Position numbers and translations under genes: made by a program
Notes under the pieces: generated by a model
Databases searched by the model: none
The model's input: only the letters and a program-made list of their open reading frames with translations
Told to the model about the DNA's origin: nothing
NCBI GenBank assembly: GCA_963732535.1
Contig: CAVSZW010000002.1
Span: 33 to 64,032, forward strand
Origin: an uncultured Alphaproteobacteria bacterium
GTDB taxonomy: Bacteria > Pseudomonadota > Alphaproteobacteria > Sphingomonadales > Sphingomonadaceae
Reading direction: 5' to 3'
Length of the DNA stretch: 64,000 nt
Shown: positions 1 through 12,597 of the stretch, piece after piece
Position numbering within the stretch: position 1 is the first letter of the stretch
Layout of the letters: the number at the start of each line of letters is the position of its first letter

Positions 1-177
1 AGATCGGGACCCAGGCCGTTTCCGTAAATCTGCTATCGAAAAAGTGTATTCAGCGCGGGTAAAAGGTGCGCTCGGCGTTTGAACAGTTGTGTCGACCGGC
101 AGCGCAAAAGTCTGGATGTGATGCCGCCAATATCAGTCGTGTACGATAGCCAGATCAGCGGCTTGTAATGCAGACGC

Positions 178-2124
178 TCAGGCCCTGACGCCTGCTTCTT
201 CCACGCCCGCGCTATTGTGGCGCAGTGCTTTCAGTACCGTATCGACGATTTGCGGGCCATTTAGCCCTGCCTCGTCATATTGCTTTTGCGGATTATCATG
301 TTCCTGAAAGATATCGGGTAGGCGCATTGTCCGGATTTTAAGGCCGCCATTGCCACTATCGGGGTCGGTCAGTCCAAGATCGGTCGCCAAAGTCAAAACA
401 TGCGCGCCTAGCCCACCAATGGCCGCTTCTTCCACGGTGACCACAACCTCATGGCTGGCCATCAAACGGCGGATCAGTTCACTGTCGAGCGGTTTGGCAA
501 AGCGCAGGTCGGCGACAGTGGTCGATAGTCCTTTCGTCTCCAGCACTTCAGCGGCCTTCATGGCTTCAGCCAAACGGGTGCCAAGCGAAAGGATGGCCAC
601 CTTCTTGCCTTCTTTCACGATCCGCCCTTTGCCAATCTCCAGCCGCACCGGAACTGCAGGCATATCCACGCCCACGCCGTTTCCGCGAGGATAGCGAAAG
701 GCAATGGGGCCTGAATCGTGGCAAGCCGCCGTATAGGTCATATGGACCAGTTCGGCTTCGTCCGATGGCGACATCACGACCATGTTAGGAAGCGTGGCCA
801 GATAGGTGATGTCGAACGAACCAGCATGGGTACTGCCATCCGCTCCCACCAGTCCTGCCCGGTCTATCGCAAAGCGGACGGGAAGATTCTGGATGCACAC
901 ATCATGCACCACCTGATCATAGGCGCGTTGCAAGAACGTGGAATAAATCGCACAAAATGGCCGCATCCCTTGCGCGGCCAAGCCAGCGGCAAAGGTTACG
1001 CCATGCTGTTCGGCAATGCCCACATCGAATGCGCGGCTCGGATGTGCCGCCGCAAATTTATCAATGCCTGTGCCGCCGGGCATGGCAGCTGTAATTGCGA
1101 CAATCTTCGGATCGGTTTCCGCCAGTTTGGCCAATGTTTCGCCAAAGACATTTTGATAGGCAGGCGGGCCGCCGCCCGGGCCTTTATCCTGTTTTCCGCT
1201 GACCACATCGAATTTGACGACGCCGTGATATTTGTCATCTGCGGCCTCGGCAGGCGCATAGCCTTTGCCTTTTTGCGTGACGACATGGACCAGCACTGGC
1301 CCTTCGGCATTGTCACGTACATTTTCGAGGACGGGGATCAGTTGATCGAGATTGTGTCCGTCAATCGGACCGACATAGTAAAAGCCCAATTCTTCGAATA
1401 ATGTGCCGCCCATCGCCATGCCGCGCGCATATTCTTCCCAGCGCTCTGCGGCATTGTGCACACGGCGTGAGAGCTTCGCCGTCAGCTTACTGGCAAATTT
1501 GCGAAGGCCGACATATTCACTCGAAGAAACCAGCCGTGCCAGATAGCCGGACAGCCCGCCGACTGGCGGTGCAATCGACATATCATTGTCGTTCAAAATC
1601 ACGACCAGCCGGTTGCCCGCTGCCTCGGCATTGTTCATCGCTTCATAAGCCATGCCGGCCGACATGGCACCATCGCCGATAACGGCAATCGCTTTGCCCT
1701 GCTTCCCGCTCAGCTTGTTGGCGACGGCAAAGCCGAGGGCTGCCGAAATCGAGGTTGAACTGTGCGCGGCGCCAAAGGGATCATATTCGCTTTCGCTGCG
1801 TTTGGTGAAGCCCGAAAGTCCACCACCGGTGCGAAGCGTGCGGATTCGATCCCGCCGCCCGGTGATGATTTTATGCGGATAGCATTGGTGTCCGACGTCC
1901 CAGATCAACCGGTCTTCGGGGGTGTTGAAGACATAATGGATCGCTGTGGTCAACTCGACCACACCCAGTCCCGCACCCAGATGCCCGCCGGTCACCGAAA
2001 CCGCGCTAATCGTTTCGGCACGCAGTTCGTCAGCAAATTGGCGGAGTTGGGAAGGGTCAAGCTTTCGCAGATCAGCCGGAAAGACGACCTGATCGAGCAA
2101 CGGTGTGTCCGGTGTGTTGGTCAT
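178..2124 (-). CDS. dxs: 1-deoxy-D-xylulose-5-phosphate synthase
   Basis: 648 aa; [28 protein letters not shown] motif [26 protein letters not shown]. Confidence 0.98.
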   Translation of the reverse strand: MTNTPDTPLLDQVVFPADLRKLDPSQLRQFADELRAETISAVSVTGGHLGAGLGVVELTTAIHYVFNTPEDRLIWDVGHQCYPHKIITGRRDRIRTLRTGGGLSGFTKRSESEYDPFGAAHSSTSISAALGFAVANKLSGKQGKAIAVIGDGAMSAGMAYEAMNNAEAAGNRLVVILNDNDMSIAPPVGGLSGYLARLVSSSEYVGLRKFASKLTAKLSRRVHNAAERWEEYARGMAMGGTLFEELGFYYVGPIDGHNLDQLIPVLENVRDNAEGPVLVHVVTQKGKGYAPAEAADDKYHGVVKFDVVSGKQDKGPGGGPPAYQNVFGETLAKLAETDPKIVAITAAMPGGTGIDKFAAAHPSRAFDVGIAEQHGVTFAAGLAAQGMRPFCAIYSTFLQRAYDQVVHDVCIQNLPVRFAIDRAGLVGADGSTHAGSFDITYLATLPNMVVMSPSDEAELVHMTYTAACHDSGPIAFRYPRGNGVGVDMPAVPVRLEIGKGRIVKEGKKVAILSLGTRLAEAMKAAEVLETKGLSTTVADLRFAKPLDSELIRRLMASHEVVVTVEEAAIGGLGAHVLTLATDLGLTDPDSGNGGLKIRTMRLPDIFQEHDNPQKQYDEAGLNGPQIVDTVLKALRHNSAGVEEAGVRA

Positions 2125-2157
2125 ATAATGCGGTGATAGCGGGTTCGGGACCGCTTG

Positions 2158-2619
2158 TCAGTCACAATCGGCACATGTGCCGCGCACTTCAACCACAGGA
2201 CGAACGGCATGAAAACCGGCGGCTTCCGCCGCCTTTCTGACATTTCCAGTCAGGCTGTCATCATCGATATGGGTTGCCGATCCACAATTATCGCAAATCA
2301 GGAAGATGCAATCATGCAGGCATCCCGGGTGCGAATTGGCGAGGAAAGCATTGGCGCTTTCCACGCGGGAGGCGAGATTTTTCGCCACAAACAGATCGAG
2401 GATGCGATAGACGCTGTTGGGCGCAACCCGCTTTCCGCGTCGCTGCGAAACCAGATCGGCGATGTCATAGGCCGAGGCAGGTTTGTCAAAGGTTGCCAGC
2501 ACCGCAAAAATATCGGCGCGCATATCCGTCCATTGCTCGCCTGCTGCGGTTAGCGCGGCTTCGGCAGCCTGCGCCAGATCGTGCCCTGCATGTTCGTGAT
2601 GGTGATGAGCCGCTGCCAT
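2158..2619 (-). CDS. zur: Fur family regulator, Zur-type
   Basis: His-rich N-terminus, SAYDI...PNSVYRILDLF, CxxC pairs (CDNC, CADC). Confidence 0.85.
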   Translation of the reverse strand: MAAAHHHHEHAGHDLAQAAEAALTAAGEQWTDMRADIFAVLATFDKPASAYDIADLVSQRRGKRVAPNSVYRILDLFVAKNLASRVESANAFLANSHPGCLHDCIFLICDNCGSATHIDDDSLTGNVRKAAEAAGFHAVRPVVEVRGTCADCD

Positions 2620-2665
2620 GGGGCAAATCTATGCCCTTTATGATCAAAGGGCAAGGGCACAGCGT

Positions 2666-3040
2666 TTAGCCGCGCGCGCGTTGGTTCAGTTGATGGCCCA
2701 GGGCGAGGATCGATACGCCGACAATCGTCAGCACAATTTCATAGCCGCCATGCGGCATCGCGGCAGCCCCTGCCATCGTACCAATGCCTAGCCCGCCGAT
2801 TGCGGCGGGAAGCATGAAGCCATGCGCCAACACGCCTTGGATCAACGCCAGTGCGCCAAAAATGATTGCGAGCACCAATCCGACTTCGTGGATCACCGGG
2901 CTCAACAAAAGCCCACCGGCAGACGAAATCAGCGCCAGCAAAACCGCCGTGCCCAGACAGTGCACCAAGCACAGCCCCGCCAGCCCCATACCAAGGCTGT
3001 CCCAGCTTTTGCTGCGGATCAGGATGTTCAAACCGGTCAT
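2666..3040 (-). CDS. MerC domain membrane protein
   Basis: D-x-LG...GLCLVHC motif and about 4 hydrophobic segments; start placed at MTGLN, downstream of the Zur box. Confidence 0.8.
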   Translation of the reverse strand: MTGLNILIRSKSWDSLGMGLAGLCLVHCLGTAVLLALISSAGGLLLSPVIHEVGLVLAIIFGALALIQGVLAHGFMLPAAIGGLGIGTMAGAAAMPHGGYEIVLTIVGVSILALGHQLNQRARG

Positions 3041-3068
3041 TGCCCTTTGCATATGGCATGATTCGAAC

Positions 3069-3090
3069 AAGGTTACAATATAACATTTGA
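3069..3090. promoter_or_regulatory. Putative Zur box
   Basis: Near-palindrome GTTACAATATAAC (minus strand AAATGTTATATTGTAAC), matching the proteobacterial Zur consensus, about 30 bp upstream of the merC-like gene. Confidence 0.7.
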
Positions 3091-3117
3091 AAAGATGTGC
3101 GAGATTCGTACCGTCTA

Positions 3118-3134
3118 TTATCCATTCGTTAACC
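3118..3134 (+). promoter_or_regulatory. Putative CtrA box
   Basis: TTAT-CCATTCG-TTAACC (TTAA-N7-TTAA with one mismatch) upstream of the CHAP gene. Confidence 0.45.
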
Positions 3135-3180
3135 ACGTAGCTTAGCGGGAAAGTGACCATAGCGTGGCATATCGGTTGGC

Positions 3181-3738
3181 ATGTGGAGCAAATGGAAAAT
3201 GGCTGTTTCGGCGGTGGTGATGATCGCCAGTCCGGCTGCTGCGCTCAATGAAGGGCTGCAATGCGTGCCTTATGCGCGCGCGCTTTCGGGGGTGCAGATC
3301 CGGGGTGACGCGCATAGTTGGTGGCTGCAAGCTGCGGGGCAGTATCAACGGGGAAGCCGACCCTCGGTCGGTGCTGTCATGTCCTTTCGTCCGCACGGAG
3401 CCATGCGGCTTGGACATGTGGCGGTGGTCCGTAAAATCATCGACCGGCGCACACTGCTTATCAGCCATTCCAACTGGTCCACAATCAACGGCGTGCGCGG
3501 CCATATCGAAAATGACGTTCGCGTCATTGATGCATCCGATGAAAATGACTGGAGCCGGGTGCAAGTGTGGTACGCGCCCAACCAAGCAATGGGTACGACC
3601 GCTTGGCCTTTGAACGGCTTCATCTATCCGGCAAAGCCGCAAGGCTTGGGGCGAGACGCAAAATGCGGTGAAGGCATTGCTTGGCTATACGCCAAAGCCT
3701 GCGCCGAATATCGCGGCAACACCGGTTCGTTCGGTTGA
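3181..3738 (+). CDS. CHAP domain cell-wall hydrolase
   Basis: Signal peptide, LQCVPYAR (Cys), GHVAVV (His), HSNW; 3' end may be frameshifted. Confidence 0.85.
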   Translation: MWSKWKMAVSAVVMIASPAAALNEGLQCVPYARALSGVQIRGDAHSWWLQAAGQYQRGSRPSVGAVMSFRPHGAMRLGHVAVVRKIIDRRTLLISHSNWSTINGVRGHIENDVRVIDASDENDWSRVQVWYAPNQAMGTTAWPLNGFIYPAKPQGLGRDAKCGEGIAWLYAKACAEYRGNTGSFG

Positions 3739-3844
3739 GAAACCGGGAGCGGTCGAGGCAAGTTTCAAGCTATCAACAGCGCTCATCGCCGAAGTGAGCA
3801 AAAAGGCCGCCAAAGAAAAGGCGAAAAGCCGCACGTAAAAGCGT

Positions 3845-4618
3845 TCAGGCAAAGATTGCCGCCGCCTGCATCCCCGTCATCACCGGTTCTCCCCGGCTGT
3901 TCCAGACATGCATCGTCTGGCTGCTCGCACCGTGCGCGGCATAATGCGTTTCGCTGTGCAGATACCACCAGCCGCCGTCGGTTTCGGGTTGGTCCGCCAG
4001 CATGTTCAGTTGCCAGTTGATCGAACTGATCGGAGCCTTTTCAGTCATCAATCCCATGGCAGAGGGCGGCAGGGCATCGCCGATGCAGATCAGGCTGGCG
4101 GTGATATCCAATCCGTCGCGTTCTCGAAGCCGATACCATCCCGAAAGCTGCGGCTCGCCAAGGCCAACACCCTGCCTCTTTTCCGGATATTCCATATGAT
4201 GCGTGAAAAAGTCGGGCGGGCCGCTTCGCAAGCCATCGTCTCCGGGAACGGGTGGTAACGCGGGCGGAGCCAAGTCGGTGAAATCGACATGGCTTTCACG
4301 CGGTGCCATAAACACGAACGTGCCGCTGAGCACGGTCTCCCCGCCAGACCGGATATCGCTGCGGATGAAGGCACTGTTGCGACCCCGGCGCAAAATTGTG
4401 GCTTCGATTTCGATTTCGCCCGCCACCGGTCCGCAAAAGGCGATTTGGGCCGAAAGCAGTGGAGGCAGTTCCGGGGCTGCCAGTCGCGCTGCTTCAAAGG
4501 CCAAGGTAGCGCTGAAGCCGCCATAGGCCGTGCGCCCTTGGTGCCATGTGCTGGGGATGGTTATCGGGTGTTGGGCTGCGGCGGGATCAAATTGCGCCAA
4601 AATCGAAGCCAAATTCAC
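3845..4618 (-). CDS. Thioesterase family protein (TesB-like double hotdog)
   Basis: WHQGRTAYGG, D-A-L-P-P and SSINW motifs. Confidence 0.85.
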   Translation of the reverse strand: MNLASILAQFDPAAAQHPITIPSTWHQGRTAYGGFSATLAFEAARLAAPELPPLLSAQIAFCGPVAGEIEIEATILRRGRNSAFIRSDIRSGGETVLSGTFVFMAPRESHVDFTDLAPPALPPVPGDDGLRSGPPDFFTHHMEYPEKRQGVGLGEPQLSGWYRLRERDGLDITASLICIGDALPPSAMGLMTEKAPISSINWQLNMLADQPETDGGWWYLHSETHYAAHGASSQTMHVWNSRGEPVMTGMQAAAIFA

Positions 4619-5403
4619 GCCGTTTCGTCCGGATTAGCCAGTTGAACCCAAACCGGCGCATGGTCGCTCGCCTTTTCCCTGCCGCGATGGTCCTTGTCGA
4701 CACCGCAGGCCACAAACCGATCCGCCGCAACGGGGCTGAGCAACAGATGATCGATCCGAAAGCCATGATCTTGTTGCCATGCCCCTGCCTGATAATCCCA
4801 ATAGGTCCAGACGCGCCCTTGCGGATAGTGCGTGGCCAAGGCATCGGTCCAGCCGTCAGCGAGGATGCGGCGATAGGCGGCAATGCTATCGGGCTGGCGC
4901 AGGGCATCGTCGAGCAGTGCCTTGGGTGACCAGATGTCGTGCACATGCGGGACGACATTATAATCTCCGACCAGGACAACGGGCGTTTCGGGGATCAGCA
5001 GGCTTGCCGCATGGGCGCGCAATCGCTCCATCCATGCCAGTTTATAATCGAATTTCGGCCCGGGCTGGGGATTGCCATTGGGCAGATAGATGCTGGCGAT
5101 GCGGACGCCATTCACATCCGCCTCCAGATAGCGGGATTGTTCGTCTTCCGGATCACCGGGAAGCCCGCGCTGCGTTTCTTGCGGTGTCGCATCGCGGGCA
5201 AGGATGGCAACGCCGTTAAAGCTTTTCTGCCCGTGCCAGATCGCGCCATAGCCAATGCGTTCAAATTCCTCGGCGGGAAAGCCTTCATCTTGGGTTTTGA
5301 TTTCCTGCAAACAGGCGACATCGGGTTGCGTTTCCTGCAACCATTCGAGCAGACGGGGCAGGCGGGCCTTGATCCCGTTGATATTATATGTGGCAATTTT
5401 CAT
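4615..5403 (-). CDS. xth: Exodeoxyribonuclease III
   Basis: MKIATYNING, LQEIK, GDYN, RIDH, SDHAP. Confidence 0.96.
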   Translation of the reverse strand: MKIATYNINGIKARLPRLLEWLQETQPDVACLQEIKTQDEGFPAEEFERIGYGAIWHGQKSFNGVAILARDATPQETQRGLPGDPEDEQSRYLEADVNGVRIASIYLPNGNPQPGPKFDYKLAWMERLRAHAASLLIPETPVVLVGDYNVVPHVHDIWSPKALLDDALRQPDSIAAYRRILADGWTDALATHYPQGRVWTYWDYQAGAWQQDHGFRIDHLLLSPVAADRFVACGVDKDHRGREKASDHAPVWVQLANPDETA

Positions 5404-5430
5404 AGAAAGTATTTTCTGTGGAAAAATAGA

Positions 5431-5766
5431 TCAGACGGCGAAGCTGGAGCCGCATCCACACCCTGCCTGGGCATTGGGATTGGTTACCTGAAAGCTTTTT
5501 CCACCGAGCGACTCGATAAAATCGACCGCCGATCCGCGCACCAGATCGAGACTCACCGAATCGACCACCAGCCGTGCGCCTTCGGCTTCGGCAATTGCAT
5601 CATCTGCCTCAATCGACTCGGCGAGGCCAAAGCGATATTGGAAGCCCGAACAGCCGCCGCCTTCGACGGACAGTCGCAGTAACGGTAATTTGCCTAGCTT
5701 TTCAGCTATTTCCGCCACGCGGCGTGCTGCATTGGGCAGCAATTGAATGTCTGGAATGGATGCCAT
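5431..5766 (-). CDS. erpA: Fe-S cluster insertion protein ErpA (HesB/IscA family)
   Basis: GGGCSGFQY and CGCGSSF motifs. Confidence 0.9.
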   Translation of the reverse strand: MASIPDIQLLPNAARRVAEIAEKLGKLPLLRLSVEGGGCSGFQYRFGLAESIEADDAIAEAEGARLVVDSVSLDLVRGSAVDFIESLGGKSFQVTNPNAQAGCGCGSSFAV

Positions 5767-5855
5767 GGAACGCAATGTAGGCGTAAACAAAAAGGGCGGC
5801 AAGACGTTGCCGTCTATGCCGCCCAGAGATTACACCCTCTCCCAAAGGTGATGCG

Positions 5856-6617
5856 TTACGGTCGGACGACCATATTGGCCGGACCGCCCAAAGATTTGCT
5901 AGCAGCAACAGTTGCAACGGGCAACTGATTTGACAGATTTATGACGGCTGGTTTGACGACAGCGACGGGCAGAAAGCTGTTTGGGTTTACCGCTTCGCCG
6001 CCGATCCGCACTTCATAATGCAGGTGGCTTCCGGTCGAACGGCCTGTCGAACCCATGAATCCGATCAGGTCACCCTGACGGATGCGCTGGCCGGGATAAA
6101 CGTTCAAAGCTGACATATGGCCATAACGCGTCTGGATGGCGTTGCCATGTTCCAGCTCGATGAACTTGCCATAGCCGCTGACCCATTGTGCACGACCGAC
6201 GGTGGCGTCGGCGGTTGCATAGATGGGGGTCCCGACGGGGCCGCGAATATCAATGCCTTTATGATTGCGGCTGGCGCCTCGCGTTGGCGAGCGACGATAG
6301 CCGAAATTGCTGGAAAAATCCATGTTGCTGACAGGGTTGATCGCAGGAATGGCAACATCCGATTTCCGGTTGGTGCCCTTGATGCGGCCCCAGCCGTCAT
6401 GCAGCGAACGAAATTCAGGATCGGAGATACCCAGTGCCGTTTTGTTGGCCTCGACATCTTCGGGAGCGACACGGAAATTGTCAGAAGCAGCTGTTGCTGC
6501 TGCCGATGCGGCGGATGCAGGAGTAGCGGCAAGCATTGTCGCTGCGACAATGGCCCCTCCAGCAAGTGCAAGCTTCCCCATCAGTGATTGGCCTTTGGCC
6601 AAAGCGCTGCGTAGCAT
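5856..6617 (-). CDS. M23 family metallopeptidase
   Basis: HKGID, YGHMS, GSTGRSTGSHLHYE; N-terminal signal sequence. Confidence 0.92.
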   Translation of the reverse strand: MLRSALAKGQSLMGKLALAGGAIVAATMLAATPASAASAAATAASDNFRVAPEDVEANKTALGISDPEFRSLHDGWGRIKGTNRKSDVAIPAINPVSNMDFSSNFGYRRSPTRGASRNHKGIDIRGPVGTPIYATADATVGRAQWVSGYGKFIELEHGNAIQTRYGHMSALNVYPGQRIRQGDLIGFMGSTGRSTGSHLHYEVRIGGEAVNPNSFLPVAVVKPAVINLSNQLPVATVAASKSLGGPANMVVRP

Positions 6618-6690
6618 GATTGTTCAAAACCCTATTTTGCGACTCGCTTCAACAATGCCGAAGCAGGCTGCGTGACCCAAGTTAAGCCAG

Positions 6691-7557
6691 TTATTCTGAC
6701 CACCCCTTATTATTGAGGTCGGTTTGAGGGTCGGTTCCCTGCATTGCAACCCACGCGTAATAATCGCGGGATAAACCGGCCTTTGAACGCGCTGAGTCGT
6801 TGAATGGAGGCTTCAAAGCCCCCTGAACATGGCTCTCTACCGCGCTTTTCCAATGAACCAAATGGTTAACACCCGCCTCTCGACAAGCCGATTCAAACCA
6901 GCGAGTACCCACGGAAACATGCCGGATTTCGTCGTTATAAATACGGTTAAGAATAAGCGCAGAGGCCGAATCGCCATGCGATTCGAATCGGGAAATTGTG
7001 GCGGGGGTTACGTCCAGGCCGCGCGCTTCGAGCACCATCGGCACCACGGCAAGCCGCGCAAGTACATCATTTCGTGTGGAAAAGGCCGCCTCCCACAGGC
7101 CGTCATGCGCCGGATGCGCGCCATAAAAACTGCCCAACGCGCGCAATCGCCGTTCGATAAGCGCGAAATGCATCGCTTCGTCCGCGCCCACGCGCAGCCA
7201 ATCATCGGCAAATCGCGGCGGGAATTGCCCACCGAATCGCCCGACACAATCAAAAGCCAGGTCGATCGCAACAAATTCGATATGGGCAAAGGCGTGGAGC
7301 ATAGCGATTCTGGCTCGTTCAGAGCCCGCTTTGCGCCGTTTTGGCATGTAGCGCGGGGCGAGCAATTCAGGGACTTCCGGGCGGGCGGGCACATCGGGCA
7401 TGTTGACGTCTAGCCGGTGTTCCAGCCTACCCATCCGCCATTCGCGTGCTACCTTTCGCGCAAGCATCACCTTGGACTTTGGATCGGCAGTTTGCAGTAC
7501 CGACAGGCAGGCTTGGCCCAGTGTCCGGTGCTCGGGCTTCAAAACCCTAATTCCCAT
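6691..7557 (-). CDS. Ferritin-like domain protein (DUF455)
   Basis: LHAFAHIEFVAIDLA, EARGLDVTP, DEIRHV; start approximate. Confidence 0.85.
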   Translation of the reverse strand: MGIRVLKPEHRTLGQACLSVLQTADPKSKVMLARKVAREWRMGRLEHRLDVNMPDVPARPEVPELLAPRYMPKRRKAGSERARIAMLHAFAHIEFVAIDLAFDCVGRFGGQFPPRFADDWLRVGADEAMHFALIERRLRALGSFYGAHPAHDGLWEAAFSTRNDVLARLAVVPMVLEARGLDVTPATISRFESHGDSASALILNRIYNDEIRHVSVGTRWFESACREAGVNHLVHWKSAVESHVQGALKPPFNDSARSKAGLSRDYYAWVAMQGTDPQTDLNNKGWSE

Positions 7558-8288
7558 GCTTTGAACAGATAGATAAGGCCGATGGCGCTGACAATCCACG
7601 CCGTCCAGCGTTTGAAATTGGCATCACTCAACCGGTCCAAAACCCAACCGCCGCCGCGCGTTCCCGCCATGGATGCCGGAATGGCTAGGGCAAACAGCCA
7701 AATTGGCGGCATGGCGTCAAAGCCGTTTGCTTGGCCCAGCAAAAGGGAGAACACCGCGATTTTGGCGACATGATTCAAAGACTGGATTGCCGCTTTGGTC
7801 GCAACAATCTGATGCCGGTTCAGCCCGGTGCGGACGAACACGGTGTCGATCAACGGCCCCGAAACCCCCGCCGTCAGGTTCAGCAACCCGGCGACAAAGC
7901 CCGAGGCAAAGGCGACAACGGGCTTTGCCGCATCGGGCGCGAACCAGCCTTTGGGAAGCCACAGCAGGATAGGCAACAATCCCATCAACAGAAATACCAA
8001 CGCCTTGGGCGGGACGAATGAAATCGCAAACATCACCGCTGCTGCCGCGGCGGTTGCCAACGCGAACCAGCCGAAAATGCGCGGCTGGATATGATCGCGG
8101 TGCAGCACCGCGCGCCAGCCATTGGCGACCAATTGCAAAATGCCGTGCGTCACAAAAGCGGCCTCGATCGGGAGCAGCAAGGCAAGCAGCCCCATCAGCA
8201 TCATGCCTCCGGCCATGCCGAAAATGCCCGAGACAAAGGCGGTGAAAAGGGAGGCTGCTACCAAAAGGGCGGCGACCGCGAGTTGCAT
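7539..8288 (-). CDS. Sulfite exporter TauE/SafE family protein
   Basis: SGIFGMAGG, multiple TM segments, G-V-S-G-P; start placed at MQLAV. Confidence 0.85.
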   Translation of the reverse strand: MQLAVAALLVAASLFTAFVSGIFGMAGGMMLMGLLALLLPIEAAFVTHGILQLVANGWRAVLHRDHIQPRIFGWFALATAAAAAVMFAISFVPPKALVFLLMGLLPILLWLPKGWFAPDAAKPVVAFASGFVAGLLNLTAGVSGPLIDTVFVRTGLNRHQIVATKAAIQSLNHVAKIAVFSLLLGQANGFDAMPPIWLFALAIPASMAGTRGGGWVLDRLSDANFKRWTAWIVSAIGLIYLFKAWELGF

Positions 8289-8302
8289 CAGTTCATCCCG
8301 CT

Positions 8303-8761
8303 CTAAAGCGCCTGAGCCGCCTCCAGCACCGCCTCGGCATGGCCCTTCACTTTCACCTTGCGCCACACGGCCGCGACTTTGCCGTCCTTGCCGATCAGGA
8401 AGGTGCAGCGTTCGATGCCCATATATTTGCGGCCATAAAGCGATTTTTCCACCCACACGCCCATTTGCTCAATCGCGTCGCTGGCTTCATCCGACAGCAG
8501 TTCTAGGTCAAAATCATATTTCGCCTTGAATTTGGCAAGCTTGGCGGGTTTGTCCTTTGACATGCCAAAGACCGCGACACCGGCTTTCTTGAAATCGCTC
8601 GCAAGTGCGGTAAAATCCTTGCCCTCATTGGTGCATCCCGGTGTGTCGGCTTTGGGATAGAAATACAGCACGAAGGGGCCTTTGAGTTCGGCCAAGGCGA
8701 CGGGCTTTTCGTCACTGTCCTGAACCGTCACCTTGGGCAGAGTATCGCCAATATCGGTCAT
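8303..8761 (-). CDS. bcp: Peroxiredoxin Bcp
   Basis: YFYPKADTPGCTNE; YGRKYMGIER. Confidence 0.93.
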   Translation of the reverse strand: MTDIGDTLPKVTVQDSDEKPVALAELKGPFVLYFYPKADTPGCTNEGKDFTALASDFKKAGVAVFGMSKDKPAKLAKFKAKYDFDLELLSDEASDAIEQMGVWVEKSLYGRKYMGIERCTFLIGKDGKVAAVWRKVKVKGHAEAVLEAAQAL

Positions 8762-11426
8762 GCTAGCTTTTCCTTCCTATATGCGTCCCAAACCTGTTTG
8801 ATCACTTTCTTGGCCGCAACCACCGCCGTCATCAACCCTGCCCAATCGGCAAAGCTCAATGATTGGGCAACGAGCACCTGTGCCGGCTCGGGTGGGGCCT
8901 CGCTATCCGGCGCGACCAGCCGCAAAAGCACCAGCATCCGCGTTAGCAGTAACTGGGCATCGGCAAATTCAGGTGGTAAAAAGCCCGCCGCAGTTAAAGC
9001 CGCTGCTGCCTCATCGAGCCGGGGAGAAAAGGCAGAAATATGTTCTAATTGCAGCGCATGGATGCAGAACTCTGCATCGACCAACCCGCCCTCGCACAGT
9101 TTCACATCAAGCGCGCCTTTAGGCGGCTTATGCTCTGCCATTTCGGCGCGCATGGCAATGATGTCTTTGCGGAGTTTGGACGTTTCGCGCTGGGTCGACA
9201 GCACATCGGCGATAATCGCTTCGGCTTCTTTGGCAGGCCCATAAACCACCCGCGCCCGCGTGAGCGCCATATGTTCCCAGGTCCAAGCTTCCTCATGCTG
9301 ATATTTGGCGAAGCTTTCCAGATTCACGCACAGCATCCCTTGCGCGCCCGATGGCCGCAACCGCGTGTCTATTTCATACAGCGCGCCGCTTGCCGTTTGG
9401 AGGCTCAGCGCTCCGACAACGCGTTGTGCCAGCCGGTTGAAATATTGTGTCGTGCCAAGCGGTCTTCGTCCGTCCGATTCCTGCCCGGTCTCTCCAGTAA
9501 AAAGTAACACCAGATCGAGATCGGATGCATGGGTCAGCGCTTGGCCTCCCAACCGCCCATAGGCGAGGATCACCAATTCATTGCCCGCGATCCGGCCATG
9601 CGCTTCTTCAAATTCGGCAACCGTCGCCGCTGTCAAATGGAGCAGCGCCACTTCGGCGAGTTGGGCATAAGCACGCGAAACCGCAAGCGGATCTTGCCGC
9701 CCCTCGATCAACTGCACACCAAAGGCAAAGCGCTTTTCGCCGACAAAGGCACGGACGATATCGAGTTGCCGTTCATAATCCTCGTCCCCGATCCGCACCG
9801 CCAGTTCCTGAGCCAACGAACTTTGGTTTTCGGGCAGATCAAGCGCGCTGGCGTCGATTAGCCCGTCGAGATATTCGCTGCGCCGCGCCAGCGTGTCTGC
9901 AAGGGTAGGCGCGTAGCTCAAGACATCGGCAAGAAGCTTTAGCAGTGCCGGACGAGCATCGAGCAGATGGAAAAAATTGATCGCACTGGGCAATGCTTCG
10001 AGCAAATTATCCATCCGCGCCAGCGCCCGCTCGCTATCGGGGGCAGAGACCAGCGCCTCCATGATCTTGGGCAGCACGTCTTCAAAAGCCTCGCGCGCCG
10101 AGGTGGAGCGGATCGCACGCAATTGACCGCTGCGCCAACGCGACAGCCGCTGGGCAACGGAGCCGGGCGCAGCATAGCCCATATCGGCCAGTTGTTCTTC
10201 CAGCGGCACGCCATCGTCGGCCAGATGGCGCGGGCCGCTCTCGTTCTCGTCTCCCGCTAACCCGTCATATATCGCTTCGACTTGGGCGACCACCGGTTGC
10301 AATAGCGAGAGCAGCGCTTTGCCGTCCTTCAACCCATGCAGACGCGCCGCACGGTCCAGTTCGCCTGCATCTTCGGGCAGGCTGTGTGTCTGCCGATCGT
10401 CGAGCATTTGCAGCCGGTGTTCGATGGTGCGGAGCAATTCATAGCCCTGCGATAAAACTGCCGCATCCTCTCCGCCGATCCGGTCGGATTCAACCAGCCG
10501 AGCCAGCGCTTCACGCGTATCGGCGATCCGCAAGGCGGGATCACGGCCTCCGTGGATTAACTGATGCGCCTGCGCGAAAAATTCACACTCCCTGATTCCA
10601 CCGCGCCCGCGTTTGAGATCATAGCCAGGGCCGAAATCCTGCCCCTCATGATAATGATCGCGGATTTGTCCGGTCATCTGGCGGATATTGGCCAATTGCC
10701 CGAAATCCAGACTGCGCCGCCAGATGAAGGGTTGAATAGCCTTCAGGAAATAGGCCCCCAGTTCGCGGTCCCCCGCCGCTACACGAGACCGGATAAAGGC
10801 CGCTTGTTCCCAAGCCAAAGCGCTGGATTCATAGTAATTGAGCGCGCCTTCAACGGGCAGCGTGATAGGCGTCACTTCGGGCGACGGACGCAGCCGCATG
10901 TCGACACGAAAAACATAGCCATGTTCATCGCGTGCGCTAAGCAACTCGATCACGCGCCGCCCGATCCGCACCGCGCTGTCGGCCACATCCTCGCGTTCGC
11001 GCCGGGGGAGCGTTTCGGGATCATAGAGAAAGATGGGATCGATGTCGGAGCTGTAATTCAGTTCTTGCCCACCATGTTTGCCGAGGCCGATGACGGCAAA
11101 GCCTTTTGGCACGGCCCCGGGCACGCGTTCTTCGATGGCGGCGGCGATTGCGGCATCAAGGGCTGCGTCGGCGAAGTCTGAAAGGATACGGGTGACGCGG
11201 GATAAATCCCATACACCTGCAAGATCGGCAATGGCAGTGACCAGCGCGACGCCCTGCCTTTGCTTGCGGAGCGTGGCTCCGGTGTCGCCTGCAATATTGA
11301 CTGCCAAGGCGGCGGCCAATGCGGCGTCATATTGACCCTGTTTCAACAACGCCACCAGCTCGGGCTGGCGCTCGATCAGTCCGGCGAGAAAAGGGCTGTT
11401 GGCCTGTGCGCGGGATAACGCCTCCA

Positions 11427-11427
<1 letters not shown>
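8758..11427 (-). CDS. glnE: Bifunctional glutamine synthetase adenylyltransferase/adenylyl-removing enzyme
   Basis: GKHGGQELNYSSDID, RVDMRLRP; second NT domain GRLGG...SDLD, DTRLRPSG. Confidence 0.95.
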
Positions 11428-12584
<1,157 letters not shown>

Positions 12585-12597
12585 CTATGGGGCCGCT

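Noticed and set aside
2666-3040. Mercury resistance locus
   Set aside because: No merR, merA, merT or merP; the context is zur
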